Source: an uncultured Clostridia bacterium
GTDB lineage: Bacteria; Bacillota; Clostridia; TANB77; CAG-508
Length of the DNA stretch: 61,233 nucleotides
Assembly (NCBI GenBank): GCA_934155165.1
Contig: CAKPGS010000001.1
Location: forward strand, 1-61,233
Direction of reading: 5' to 3'
Shown here piece by piece: positions 7,795 to 18,253 of this stretch. The position numbers and the translations under genes were made by a program. Positions within the stretch are counted from its first letter, which is position 1. Each line of letters begins with the position of its first letter. The notes under the pieces are model-generated. The model had not been told where the DNA came from and ran no database searches. It worked only from the letters and a program-made list of their open reading frames with translations.

Positions 7795-10638
7795 TTATCT
7801 TTTTATTTCTTCCATTACATATACTTCTATTATGTCTCCTTCTTTTATGTCGTTGTAATTTGCAATTTGAAGACCACATTCATAACCTTTTGCAACTTCT
7901 TTAACATCATCTTTGAATCTCTTAAGTGAAGCAAGTTCACCTTGATGAATTACAACATCTTCTCTTATTACTCTTACTCCTGCATTTCTTTCTACTTTTC
8001 CTGTTAATACATAACCACCGGCAATTGTTCCTACTCCAGAAACTTTGAATGTTTGTCTTACTTCTACTGTTCCTATAACTTTTTCTTCAAATTCTGGGTC
8101 CCACATACCTTTCATAGCTGCTTCTACATCTTCTATTGCTTGGTAAATTACTGAGTATTGTTTTATTTCAACTTCTTCTCTATCTGCCATTTCTTTAGCA
8201 CTTGCAACTGGTCTAACATTAAATGCTATTATTATTGCATTTGAAACTTTTGCAAGTGTAACATCAGATTCTGTAACAGCTCCTGCTGCTGCATGTATAA
8301 CTTTTACTTGTACTTTTTCATCTGATAATTTTTCTAGAGATTGTTTAACTGCTTCAACAGATCCTTGAACATCTGCTTTTACTATTAAGTTTAATTGTTT
8401 TAAATCTCCTTTTTCAATTTGACTGAATAAGTCATCTAAAGTTACTTTACTTACTTGATTTATAGATTTTTCTCTTGCTTGGCGTTTTCTTCTTTCTATT
8501 AAGTGTTTAGCCATTTTTTCATCTTTTACTTCGTAGAAAGTATCTCCTGCTGTTGGTACTTCTGTAAGTCCCATAATTTCTACTGGCATTGATGGTGTTG
8601 CAAATTTAACACGTTGTCCTTTATCATTTTTCATAGCTCTTATTCTACCTATTGAAGAACCAACAACTATTGTATCTCCAACATCTAGTTTTCCTCTTTG
8701 AACTAACATTGTAGCAATAGGACCTTTTGTTTTATCAAGCCTTGCTTCTATAACAGCACCTTTTGCTTGTTTTGTAGGATTTGCTTTTAAGTCTTTCATA
8801 TCTGCAACAAGTAAAACCATTTCTAGTAATTGGTCAATGTTTGTTCCATTCTTAGCTGAGATTGGTACATAAATTGTATCTCCTCCCCATTCTTCTGGAA
8901 CTAAATCGTATTTCATTAATTCTTCTTTTATTCTTTCAACATTAGCACCTGGTAAATCCATTTTGTTTACTGCAACTATAATTGGAATTCCTGCTGATTT
9001 TGCATGGTTAACAGCTTCAACTGTTTGTGGCATTATACCATCATTTGCTGCAACAACTAGAATTGCAATATCTGTTATTTGTGCACCTCTAGCACGCATT
9101 GCTGTAAAAGCTTCGTGTCCTGGTGTATCTAAGAATGTTATATCTCTACCATTTAATTTAACTTGGTATGCACCTATTGCTTGTGTAATTCCACCTGCTT
9201 CGCCCTCTATAACATTTGTTTTTCTTATTGCATCTAGTAATGATGTTTTACCATGATCAACGTGTCCCATAACAACAATTACTGGTGGACGTGGCATTAA
9301 TTCATTTTCTAAATCTTCAGATTCATCAAACAATACATCTTCTTCTTTAATTTCTTCCTTAAGTTTTGCTGTTACACCAAATTCTTGTGCTATTAAATAT
9401 GCTGTATCAAAGTCTACATCATTGTTTATTGTTGCCATAACTCCAAGTGAGAATAATTTTTTAATAACTTCTGCACTTGTTTTCTTAAGTTCAGCTGCTA
9501 AATCCTTTACAGAAATTGTTTCAGGAATTGTTATTTCTGTAAGTTTAAATATTTTTTGCTTTGATTCGCCTTTGGCTGCTTTAGAATTTTTCTTTTTATT
9601 ACGTTTTCCTCTAACTGTTGTTAAATCATAGTAATCTAGCATTCCACCTTCTTGGTCTGTAAACATATTAGATAAACTACTTTCTTGTTTTAGGCTTTTT
9701 AATTTTCCTTCATTAAATCCTAAATCGTTGTTTCCTCTTTTATTTTTATTTTTCTTGCTCTTTTTGTCATCATATTTATTTGCATTTTTTTGTTTATCTG
9801 CATTTCTGTTATATTCTCTAACACTTTCTTTTTCAACAACATCAGAAGACATTATGTTTTTAATATTCTTTTCTATTCCTTTTTCATCTAATGGTCTATT
9901 TCCTCTGTTAAAATTATTTCCTGTTCTGTTGTTTCTATAACCATTATTGTTTCCATTATTGTTTCTATTATAATTATTATTTTTATTATAGTTGTTATTA
10001 TGTTCATTATTTCTATTATAATTATTGTTTCTGTTGTTATTATAGTTGTTTCTTGGTTGATATTGTGTTTTGTCTTGTTTAAAGTTTTCCTGTTTTTTTA
10101 CATTTTCATTTTTTTCTACTTTTTCTGTTTTCTCAACTGGTTTAGTTTCTTTTACTTCTTGCATTTTCTCCTCTACTTTGCTTTTTTCAACTTTCTCTTT
10201 TTTAGGTTCTTCTTTTTTCTTTTTATTTAGTCCAAATAATTCATCAACTGTCATAGGTTTGTTTGGCTTATTTCTATATACTATATTAAAATCTTTTTTT
10301 CTATCTCTTTCTACAAAACCTATTTTAGCTTTGTTTTCTTCTTGTTTTTTTACTTGTTTTTCTTTTTTATTATCTTCATCATTTATTATTACTTCTCTTC
10401 TAATAATAACTGGACTACTATTATTTTTCTCTTTTTTTGTTTCTTTCTTTTTATTTTCTTCTTTTTTGTTTATATCTTTTTTTCCTGCTAAAGCTCCCTT
10501 TATTTTGTTTGCTTCTTCTTCTGTTACACCGCTCAAATGGCTTTTTACTTGTATGTTTAGTTCATTTGCCTTTGCTATAACATCTTTACTGGCTAAGTTT
10601 AACTCTTTTGCTATTTCATGTATTTTTATCTTACCCAA
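7795..10638 (-). CDS. infB: Translation initiation factor IF-2
   Basis: GTPase motifs [13 protein letters not shown] and NKMD. The likely start is TTG at 10638, preceded by GGGGGTGA, because the longer track ORF (to 10656) lacks an RBS. Confidence 0.93.
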   Translation of the reverse strand: MGKIKIHEIAKELNLASKDVIAKANELNIQVKSHLSGVTEEEANKIKGALAGKKDINKKEENKKKETKKEKNNSSPVIIRREVIINDEDNKKEKQVKKQEENKAKIGFVERDRKKDFNIVYRNKPNKPMTVDELFGLNKKKKEEPKKEKVEKSKVEEKMQEVKETKPVEKTEKVEKNENVKKQENFKQDKTQYQPRNNYNNNRNNNYNRNNEHNNNYNKNNNYNRNNNGNNNGYRNNRTGNNFNRGNRPLDEKGIEKNIKNIMSSDVVEKESVREYNRNADKQKNANKYDDKKSKKNKNKRGNNDLGFNEGKLKSLKQESSLSNMFTDQEGGMLDYYDLTTVRGKRNKKKNSKAAKGESKQKIFKLTEITIPETISVKDLAAELKKTSAEVIKKLFSLGVMATINNDVDFDTAYLIAQEFGVTAKLKEEIKEEDVLFDESEDLENELMPRPPVIVVMGHVDHGKTSLLDAIRKTNVIEGEAGGITQAIGAYQVKLNGRDITFLDTPGHEAFTAMRARGAQITDIAILVVAANDGIMPQTVEAVNHAKSAGIPIIVAVNKMDLPGANVERIKEELMKYDLVPEEWGGDTIYVPISAKNGTNIDQLLEMVLLVADMKDLKANPTKQAKGAVIEARLDKTKGPIATMLVQRGKLDVGDTIVVGSSIGRIRAMKNDKGQRVKFATPSMPVEIMGLTEVPTAGDTFYEVKDEKMAKHLIERRKRQAREKSINQVSKVTLDDLFSQIEKGDLKQLNLIVKADVQGSVEAVKQSLEKLSDEKVQVKVIHAAAGAVTESDVTLAKVSNAIIIAFNVRPVASAKEMADREEVEIKQYSVIYQAIEDVEAAMKGMWDPEFEEKVIGTVEVRQTFKVSGVGTIAGGYVLTGKVERNAGVRVIREDVVIHQGELASLKRFKDDVKEVAKGYECGLQIANYNDIKEGDIIEVYVMEEIKR

Positions 10639-10945
10639 TAACTTCACCCCCATCAATTATTTTTTTTATTTCTTTTGCCATATTCTCATCTAATATCCCC
10701 AGTATAGCTTTATTTTTCTTTCCTATACTTTTACTTAAGTTTTCTATTTCTCCAAATATACAAATTGGAACACTGTATTTTTCAGAATAAAACTTAAAAT
10801 TTTTAATCGTTTTCTCAGAAGCTTCTTTCGAAACTATTACAAGTTTTACTCTTTCTTTTTCTAAAGCTTCTTTTGTACTATCTGCACCATATACTATTTT
10901 TCTTGCCCTTGCCGATAGTCCAATTAAACCTAATGCTTTATTCAA
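10631..10945 (-). CDS. ylxQ: L7Ae-family RNA-binding protein YlxQ
   Basis: 104 aa, conserved position between ylxR and infB, L7Ae-like sequence. Confidence 0.8.
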   Translation of the reverse strand: MNKALGLIGLSARARKIVYGADSTKEALEKERVKLVIVSKEASEKTIKNFKFYSEKYSVPICIFGEIENLSKSIGKKNKAILGILDENMAKEIKKIIDGGEVIG

Positions 10946-11195
10946 TAATTACACCTCTTAACTTATCATAAAATTCTTTGTAAATTTTTGTTTTTAAAGC
11001 TCTTTCTAAACTATTTGCTTTAATAGCCTTTTCTAAACAATTAATGTCTTTGCAAATGTATGCTCCTCTGCCCTCAAGTTTTCCATTAATATCTATATTT
11101 AGTTCTCTATTTTTGTTACATACAATTCGCATTAATTCTTTTTTGTCTTTTTTTTCTCTGCAACTAACGCACATTCTTTGTGGTATATTTTTCAT
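10938..11195 (-). CDS. ylxR: YlxR/RnpM (DUF448) RNA-binding protein
   Basis: 85 aa with the PQRMCVSCREKKDK motif, downstream of nusA. Confidence 0.85.
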   Translation of the reverse strand: MKNIPQRMCVSCREKKDKKELMRIVCNKNRELNIDINGKLEGRGAYICKDINCLEKAIKANSLERALKTKIYKEFYDKLRGVIIE

Positions 11196-11245
11196 TGCAA
11201 ATTTCCTTTCTTTATTATATGTACAAGTCTCTCTATATTATGTTT

Positions 11246-12373
11246 TTATTCTTCAATTTCAGTATTTCCTGTTATTTCCTCGTTATTATCTTCATTTTCT
11301 TCTTGAGCTTTTGCTAACATTTCTCTAAATTGTGTTTCAGATTTTATATCTATTTTCCAATTTGTTAGTTTTGCAGCAAGTCTAACATTTTGTCCGGATT
11401 TTCCTATTGCTAATGATAATTGGTCATCTGGAACTATTACTTGTGCAAATTTTTCCTCATCGTTTATATCTACTGCCATTACTTTTGCTGGTAATAAAGC
11501 TGCTGAAATATAAATTGATGGATCTTCGTTCCATTCTATAACATCTATTTTTTCACCATTTAATTCATTTATAACATTTTGAATTCTTACACCTTTTTGT
11601 CCTACACAAGAACCTACTGGATCTATATTTTCATTTTGTGAATAAACCGCTACTTTACTTCTATATCCTGGGTCTCTAGAAACACTCTTTATTTCTATTA
11701 ATCCTTCATAAATTTCTGGTATTTCAAATTCTAATAATTTCTTGACAAAATCTGGTGTAGCTCTAGACACCATAACTTGAGGTATTCCTTTTGCTCCTTT
11801 TTCTACATCTGTTACATATGCTCTTATTTTATCATTTACTTTATAAGTTTCTGTTGGTATTTGTTCTTTTGCAAGCATTATTCCTTCAAGTTTTCCTAAA
11901 TCCATTACAACAATTCCTCTGTCTGCTTTTTGAACTAATCCTGTAACAATTTCTCCTTTTCTATCGTTATATTCTGTATATATTATTTCTCTTTCAGCTT
12001 CTCTTATTTTTTGTACTATTACTTGTTTTGCTGTTTGTGCTGCTATTCTTCCGAAGTTTTTTGGAACAAGTTCTATATCTACACTGTCTCCTATATCTAA
12101 GGTTTTGTTAATTTTTCTTGCATCTTCTAAACTAATTTGTGTATCTGCATCTTCGACAGTTTCAACTATCTCTTTCACAGAATAAATATGTGCAGCTCCT
12201 GTTACATCATCCATAATAACTTTTACATTTTCTTTAGCATCAAAATTTCTTTTATATGCTGTAAGTAATGCTGTTTCAATAGATTCAATTAAATAAGATT
12301 TTTTTATTCCTTTCTCCTTTTCTAATTCTTCTAATGCTATAACTAATTCTTTATTGTCAATAGCTTCTTTCAT
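11246..12373 (-). CDS. nusA: Transcription termination/antitermination factor NusA
   Basis: S1 and KH domain pattern (GxxG: AIGKSGQNVRLA) plus operon context. Confidence 0.93.
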   Translation of the reverse strand: MKEAIDNKELVIALEELEKEKGIKKSYLIESIETALLTAYKRNFDAKENVKVIMDDVTGAAHIYSVKEIVETVEDADTQISLEDARKINKTLDIGDSVDIELVPKNFGRIAAQTAKQVIVQKIREAEREIIYTEYNDRKGEIVTGLVQKADRGIVVMDLGKLEGIMLAKEQIPTETYKVNDKIRAYVTDVEKGAKGIPQVMVSRATPDFVKKLLEFEIPEIYEGLIEIKSVSRDPGYRSKVAVYSQNENIDPVGSCVGQKGVRIQNVINELNGEKIDVIEWNEDPSIYISAALLPAKVMAVDINDEEKFAQVIVPDDQLSLAIGKSGQNVRLAAKLTNWKIDIKSETQFREMLAKAQEENEDNNEEITGNTEIEE

Positions 12374-12394
12374 TTTTTTATTCCTCCTTTTAAA

Positions 12395-12853
12395 TTATTC
12401 CCAGTTATAAACTGTTTTTATAAGTGATATACCTTTTCGTGGTATTTCAATTGTTTCATTATTATATTTTAATGCAATATTCTCGCTATCGAAACTTTCT
12501 AAAATTCCTTGCATTTGTTTGTTTCCGTTTATTGGTTTAAATAAACTAACTTCTATTTCTTCTCCTATATATTGTTTTAAATGCTTATCTTTTCTTAGAA
12601 CTCTTTCAATTCCTGGTGAAGAAACTTCAAGAAAATACATATCTTTTATATAGTCAGCTTCATCTAGCAATCCTGTAATTGCATTGTTTACTTTTTCGCA
12701 ATCGTTTAAATCTATTCCATCTGCTTTATCTATGAAAATTCTTAAAAAGTAATTTTTTGCTTCTTTAGCATACTCAACATCATATAAAGTATACCCTAAA
12801 TCATTAATTGTTTTCTCTAACAGGTTTTCAACTTTTTCTTCAATGCTTGCCAA
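12395..12853 (-). CDS. rimP: Ribosome maturation factor RimP
   Basis: RimP-like sequence (LEVSSPGIERVL). The likely start is TTG at 12853 after AAGGAGGAG, because the longer track ORF runs through an upstream hairpin. Confidence 0.85.
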   Translation of the reverse strand: MASIEEKVENLLEKTINDLGYTLYDVEYAKEAKNYFLRIFIDKADGIDLNDCEKVNNAITGLLDEADYIKDMYFLEVSSPGIERVLRKDKHLKQYIGEEIEVSLFKPINGNKQMQGILESFDSENIALKYNNETIEIPRKGISLIKTVYNWE

Positions 12854-12979
12854 AAACACTCCTCCTTTATATAATATAAAGAGTGGAATTTCTTCCACTC
12901 TTTCGCTCATATTTATATTGCTTTGCTTATTATATACCTAAACTAACACAAATGCAAGGATTTTTATATATTTTCTTTT

Positions 12980-13210
12980 TTATTTTCTATTATTGAAAAA
13001 CATATTATAAAATATAAAGTCCTCTGTATCCTTTTCTTCTGACTTTTTATTATTCTGCTGATAATAATCTGTATTCGAATTATCTGAAGCCTTCCATAAA
13101 GCTATACCAAATATAATTGTTACTATTGGAAATATAAACATATATGGCATCCCATTAAAACCAGCAAATATACAAAATATTAAAAATATTATATAAAGTA
13201 TAATTCCCAT
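12980..13210 (-). CDS. Small membrane protein, hypothetical
   Basis: 76-aa ORF with two predicted TM segments and no recognisable motif. Confidence 0.4.
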   Translation of the reverse strand: MGIILYIIFLIFCIFAGFNGMPYMFIFPIVTIIFGIALWKASDNSNTDYYQQNNKKSEEKDTEDFIFYNMFFNNRK

Positions 13211-13287
13211 AAAAACATCTTCCTTTATCTCTTATTAGTTGTAATTTAAATAAAAATTATATATTACTATATTTTTATTTGCAATAG

Positions 13288-13899
13288 TTATTTTGTTTTC
13301 TTTATTACTTTTAATCTTGAAAATTCTTCTCTTTCTCTTTCTTCTAGAATGCTTTCTATTGTTTTTATTTGTTGTTTTTCTTCTGGTATTATTATATCTT
13401 TTAAAGCATTAGACCTTTTCTTTACTTTTTCTATTGCTTTATTTATTCTTAATATTGTATTTTCTATTTCTGCAAGCTCTATTATTTCTGTTTTTATTTT
13501 TGTAAATATTTCTATTGCTTCATCTAGTTGTATATTTGTATTATATAGTCCAATCATTGTTTTTTGTTTTTGTTTCTCATATATTATAGATGGTATTTCT
13601 ACTCCCATTACTGTTTTATATTTTATATCAATTTTCTGTTTAAAATCAATTTCTTCAGAGATATCTTTTAATTCTTCCAAACCTATATCTATGCTGGCAA
13701 TTTTTATTTTGTTTATTCCTTCATTAAATAATTTTTCTAAATTTTCTCTTTTTTCTTGTAAGTTCTTTTTATGCTTTTCTTTTTCCATTTCTAAAATTAT
13801 TTTTTTCTTTTCTAATAATTCTTGCCCTTGTGATGATAGTTTTAGTTTTCCCTTTATTTTCATTAAATTATTTTTTGTTGGCAATGTTGATGTGTCCAT
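13288..13899 (-). CDS. ntpD: V-type ATP synthase subunit D
   Basis: Coiled-coil protein with an N-terminal PTKNNLMKIKGKLKLSSQGQELL signature, last gene of the operon. Confidence 0.85.
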   Translation of the reverse strand: MDTSTLPTKNNLMKIKGKLKLSSQGQELLEKKKIILEMEKEKHKKNLQEKRENLEKLFNEGINKIKIASIDIGLEELKDISEEIDFKQKIDIKYKTVMGVEIPSIIYEKQKQKTMIGLYNTNIQLDEAIEIFTKIKTEIIELAEIENTILRINKAIEKVKKRSNALKDIIIPEEKQQIKTIESILEEREREEFSRLKVIKKTK

Positions 13900-13913
13900 A
13901 TATACAAACCTCT

Positions 13914-15260
13914 TTAATTTTTAAAACTTATTTTGTCCCATTCTTCTTTTGGCAATATTTTTAATATCTCCCATCCCAAATCAAGTGTTTCGTTTATTGT
14001 TCTATTTTCATATTGTTCTTGATTTAAAAATTTTTCTTCAAATTGTTTACCAAACTCTAAATATTTCTTATCTATATCTGATAAATCCGCTTCTCCCAAT
14101 ACCTTTGATAATGCCCTTACTTCTTGAACTTTAGAATATGATGAAAACAACTGGTCAGCAAGCTCTCTATGGTCTTTTCTTGTGTATTCCTCTCCAATCC
14201 CATCTTTCATAAGTCTTGATAAAGAATCTAAAATATTTATTGGTGGATTTATTCCTTTTTTATATAAATCTCTTGAAAGAACTATTTGTCCTTCTGTAAT
14301 GTAACCTGTCATATCTGGAATTGGATGAGAAATATCATCATTTGGCATTGTTAAAATTGGTATTTGTGTAATTGACCCTTTTCTGCCTTTTATCATTCCA
14401 GCTCTTTCATATATAGATGCCAAATCACTATATAAGTAACCTGGGTATCCCTTTCTACTAGGAATTTCCCCTTTTAAAGTAGAAACCTCTCTTAAAGATT
14501 CTGCATATGCTGTCATATCTGTTAAAACAACTAACACTTGCATATCTAAGTCAAAAGCTAAATATTCTGCACAAGTTAATGCAACTTTCGGTGTTAGTAT
14601 TCTTTCAACAGATGGGTCATTTGATAAGTTTTGGAAGGTAACAACTTTAGAAAGAATTCCACTTTCTTTAAAACTTTTTCTAAAGAATTCTGCTGTTTCA
14701 TATTCTGCTCCCATAAGACCAAATACTACGGCAAAATTTTCATCATCTTTTATATTAGCTTGTCTTATTATTCTTTCTGTTAGATTATTGTGATTTATAC
14801 CACTTCCAGAAAATATTGGTAATTTTTGTCCACGTATTAATGTCATTAAACAATCTATAGCAGAAATTCCAGTTTCTATAAAATTTCTTGGATATTTTCT
14901 TGCTATTGGATTTATCGGTTTTCCTGAAATATTTCTCTTTATATCTGAAGATATTTCTCCTAAACCATCGATTGGTCTTCCACTACCATTAAATACTCTT
15001 CCAAGCATTTCTTTAGATAATTTAATTTGTAGTGGTTTTCCCTCTAATTCAACCTTTATTCCTTTTAAGTTCATTTCATTAGTACCTTGGTAAACTTGAA
15101 TTACTGTTACTTCTTCATTTAGCATTATTACATTACCAATTCTAACTTCTCCATTGTCTAAAACAAGTTTTACTTGTTCATCAAAAGATACATCTTTAGG
15201 TGTTTTTAAATATACTAATGGTCCATTTATTTCTTCTAACCCTATATACTGTACTTTCAA
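13914..15260 (-). CDS. ntpB: V-type ATP synthase subunit B
   Basis: 448-aa non-catalytic subunit motifs ([15 protein letters not shown]). Confidence 0.92.
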   Translation of the reverse strand: MKVQYIGLEEINGPLVYLKTPKDVSFDEQVKLVLDNGEVRIGNVIMLNEEVTVIQVYQGTNEMNLKGIKVELEGKPLQIKLSKEMLGRVFNGSGRPIDGLGEISSDIKRNISGKPINPIARKYPRNFIETGISAIDCLMTLIRGQKLPIFSGSGINHNNLTERIIRQANIKDDENFAVVFGLMGAEYETAEFFRKSFKESGILSKVVTFQNLSNDPSVERILTPKVALTCAEYLAFDLDMQVLVVLTDMTAYAESLREVSTLKGEIPSRKGYPGYLYSDLASIYERAGMIKGRKGSITQIPILTMPNDDISHPIPDMTGYITEGQIVLSRDLYKKGINPPINILDSLSRLMKDGIGEEYTRKDHRELADQLFSSYSKVQEVRALSKVLGEADLSDIDKKYLEFGKQFEEKFLNQEQYENRTINETLDLGWEILKILPKEEWDKISFKN

Positions 15261-15277
15261 TTAATTTACCTCGTCTT

Positions 15278-17065
15278 TCAAATATGATTTTCATATGTTT
15301 TTTCTAATTGTTTTAATCTATCTTTCACACTTTTATTAAACTCATTAAATTTCGTAATTTCGTCATTTTTTATTGTGAATTTTAATTTTACATATTCCTC
15401 AAAAATGCCTAATTCTTTTACTTTTGAAATTGGTATTCCTTTTTGTATTAATTTTAATGAGTTTTTATATATAATTAAAATAGAATTCATCATTTCAAAT
15501 TGTTTTTCTAACGGTACAGAGGTATCTGTATCGTTAAATGCACTTTGCTGCAAAAAACCAACTCTAATTGCTTTTGCAACTTCTAATACAAGTTTTTTTG
15601 TATCTGATAGTACATCTTGCCCAACTACTTTCGCTATTTCTAGTAACTCGTTTTCTTCTTCTAATAAACTTATTATTTCTTGTCTAACTTCCATAAAGTC
15701 TGCATTTACGTTTGTTTCAAACCACTCTTGTAGGTTATCTATATATTCACTGTAGCTTATATTCCAATCTACAGCAGGATAATGTCTTGAATATGCCAGT
15801 TCTCTACTTAATCCCCAAAATACATGTACAAATCTTCTTGTGTTTTGCGTAACTGGTTCTGAAAAGTCTGATCCCTGTGGTGATACAGCTCCTATTATTG
15901 TAACTGATCCAACATTTTGGTTATTACTTTCAACTAAACCTGCTCTTCCATAAAATTCAGATAGTCTTGATGGCAAATAAGATGGAAATCCTTCTTCAGC
16001 AGGCATTTCTTCTAGTCTACCAGAAATTTCTCTTAAGGCTTCTGCCCATCTTGATGTTGAATCTGCCATAATTGCAACATCATATCCCATATCTCTATAA
16101 TATTCTGCTATTGTAAGCCCTGTATATATTGAGGCCTCTCTAGCTGCAACAGGCATATTAGATGTATTTGCAATTAGAACTGTTCTTTCCATTAAAGGTC
16201 TTCCTGTACGTGGGTCAATTAGTTTGGGAAATTCTTCTAAAACATCTGTCATTTCATTTCCTCTTTCTCCACATCCAATATACACAATAATATCTGCATT
16301 ACTCCATTTTGCAAGTTGATGTTGTAACATTGTTTTTCCTGTTCCAAATCCTCCAGGAATCATAGCTGTTCCACCTTTTGATATAGGAAATACAGAATCT
16401 ATAACTCTTTGTCCTGTTGTTAATAATTGATTAACTGGTAGTCTTTTTTTGTATGGTCTTCCTTTTCTTACTGGCCATTTTTGATACATACAAATTTCTT
16501 TTATGATACCATCTTCTGTTTCAACTTTTGCTATTATATCTTTTACTGTATATTCTCCTTCTGGCATAATTTCTATAATTTTTCCTTTAATATTATTTGG
16601 TATCATTATTTTATTTGTAATACTTTTTGTTTCTTCAACATTTCCAATTATAGAGCAAGATTCAACTTCATTTCCTACTTTTATAGTTGGTATAAACTTC
16701 CACTTTTTCTCAAAGCTTATACTTGGTATGTTTTCTCCACTATTAATAAAATCGCCTGATATACTTCTTAAGCTTTCAAGTGGTCTTTGTATTCCATCAA
16801 ATATATTTCCTATAATACCTGGCCCAAGAGTAAGAGATAATTGGTTTCCTGTAGTTTCAACTGGTTCATATATTTTAAGTCCTGTTGTGTCTTCATATAC
16901 TTGTATTGTTGCAATATCATTCTCCAGTTTTATAACTTCTCCTAAAATTCTTTTTTCTCCAACATAAACCATATCGTGCATGGCAAAGTCAGCAGTTCCT
17001 TTAGCCTTAACAACAGGTCCATTTATAGAAACTATTTTCTTTTCGTTCAAGATTTTCATCTCCAT
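15278..17065 (-). CDS. ntpA: V-type ATP synthase catalytic subunit A
   Basis: Walker A GGFGTGKT and 595 aa length with the non-homologous insert typical of A subunits. Confidence 0.93.
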   Translation of the reverse strand: MEMKILNEKKIVSINGPVVKAKGTADFAMHDMVYVGEKRILGEVIKLENDIATIQVYEDTTGLKIYEPVETTGNQLSLTLGPGIIGNIFDGIQRPLESLRSISGDFINSGENIPSISFEKKWKFIPTIKVGNEVESCSIIGNVEETKSITNKIMIPNNIKGKIIEIMPEGEYTVKDIIAKVETEDGIIKEICMYQKWPVRKGRPYKKRLPVNQLLTTGQRVIDSVFPISKGGTAMIPGGFGTGKTMLQHQLAKWSNADIIVYIGCGERGNEMTDVLEEFPKLIDPRTGRPLMERTVLIANTSNMPVAAREASIYTGLTIAEYYRDMGYDVAIMADSTSRWAEALREISGRLEEMPAEEGFPSYLPSRLSEFYGRAGLVESNNQNVGSVTIIGAVSPQGSDFSEPVTQNTRRFVHVFWGLSRELAYSRHYPAVDWNISYSEYIDNLQEWFETNVNADFMEVRQEIISLLEEENELLEIAKVVGQDVLSDTKKLVLEVAKAIRVGFLQQSAFNDTDTSVPLEKQFEMMNSILIIYKNSLKLIQKGIPISKVKELGIFEEYVKLKFTIKNDEITKFNEFNKSVKDRLKQLEKTYENHI

Positions 17066-17076
17066 TTTTCTTTATT

Positions 17077-17643
17077 TTATATTTTCTCGTTTAAATATTC
17101 CAATAATGTGTTATTTATATATACATTGTTTTTTTCACTAATTAAAATAAATCCACCAATATAGACTTCATTTATTATTTTTATTTCTATATTTGGTACT
17201 ATTTCCTTTATTTTATTTTCAAATTTATTATAATCTTTCTGAGTTAATTCTAAGGTGTCTTCATTTGCAGGATTTGCATCTTTTAAAGATTTAAGAAAAA
17301 ATTTCTCATAATCGCTTGTATCTGTGAATGCTTTTACATATTCTATCATATCATCAAAAATTCTTTTCTTTAAAGTTTCCTGTTCTTTTAACACATCTTT
17401 CTTTAATTCCATATCAATTTCAAATTTTTTTGAATTATATTCTTTTTCTACTTTGTCTAATTTATTTTTTAGTTTTATTTCTGCATTTTCTTTATATTTA
17501 CTAATTTCATCTGAAATATTTTCTTCTATTTTTTTGTTTAATTCGTTATTTATATTTTTTGCATCTTGCTTTGCATTTTTTTCGCAGTTATTTTTGAATT
17601 TTGTTAATTTTTCTTCATAATTGCTCATATTAATTTTCTCCAT
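17077..17643 (-). CDS. ntpE: V-type ATP synthase subunit E
   Basis: 188-aa charged coiled-coil protein, assigned from operon position. Confidence 0.65.
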   Translation of the reverse strand: MEKINMSNYEEKLTKFKNNCEKNAKQDAKNINNELNKKIEENISDEISKYKENAEIKLKNKLDKVEKEYNSKKFEIDMELKKDVLKEQETLKKRIFDDMIEYVKAFTDTSDYEKFFLKSLKDANPANEDTLELTQKDYNKFENKIKEIVPNIEIKIINEVYIGGFILISEKNNVYINNTLLEYLNEKI

Positions 17644-17645
17644 TC

Positions 17646-17882
17646 TTAAGGAATGTTTACAATAAGAGGTAGCTTAGAATTATTACGAATTTGCTCTATT
17701 TTTTCTTTGCATAATTCATATATTTTCTTTGTTACAACTACAATTCCTATTTTGTTTTCTTTTATTATTGTTTCTAGGTAATTATTTATTTCTTCTCTAT
17801 TATTAATAACAATTGTATTTATACCTGAAAATCTAAGTCCTATAGCTGTTTCTAGATTATCACTTATACATATTACTTCCAT
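17646..17882 (-). CDS. ntpF: V-type ATP synthase subunit F
   Basis: 78 aa with the pattern ICISDNLETAIGLRFSGI, typical of F subunits. Confidence 0.75.
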   Translation of the reverse strand: MEVICISDNLETAIGLRFSGINTIVINNREEINNYLETIIKENKIGIVVVTKKIYELCKEKIEQIRNNSKLPLIVNIP

Positions 17883-17896
17883 TGCTTACATTCCTT

Positions 17897-18235
17897 TTAT
17901 ATTTGGTTTAATATCATTATTGATATAATTAATCCATAAATTGCTATACCTTCAGCAAGACCTGCAAAAATTATTGTTTTACCTAATAAACTAGGATTTT
18001 CGCTAATTGCTCCAACTGCACTAGAAGCAACCATTGCAACTGCTATACCTGAACCAATACATGCAAGTCCTGTAGCTAAAGCTGCTGCGATTAATCCTAC
18101 TCCCTTATTATTTGAACTTTGCTCTGCTACTACTTCGTTTGTATTTGCATTTTCATCTGCTGCATATACATTTACAGCAAATAAACTTACTAATAAAATT
18201 CCTATTAAAACAATTATATTTATTATTTTTTTCAT
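17897..18235 (-). CDS. ntpK: V-type ATP synthase proteolipid subunit K (single-hairpin c subunit with an N-terminal signal-like extension)
   Basis: GxGxGxG-type helix (ACIGSGIAVAM) and the carboxylate helix GLAEGIAIYGL. Confidence 0.8.
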   Translation of the reverse strand: MKKIINIIVLIGILLVSLFAVNVYAADENANTNEVVAEQSSNNKGVGLIAAALATGLACIGSGIAVAMVASSAVGAISENPSLLGKTIIFAGLAEGIAIYGLIISIMILNQI

Positions 18236-18253
18236 CTTTCTCTCTCCTTAATT

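Noticed and set aside
10070-10693. Long antisense ORFs inside real genes. Examples: 447-944, 1218-1511, 6545-7000, 7406-7768, 10070-10693, 13349-13924, 16503-16967, 27071-27499, 27632-28054, 32765-33205, 49424-50062 and 57470-58189
   Set aside because: All are Phe/Ser/Leu/Ile-rich translations of the complement of Lys/Glu/Asn-rich genes in AT-rich DNA. They lack an RBS and fully overlap well-supported conserved genes.
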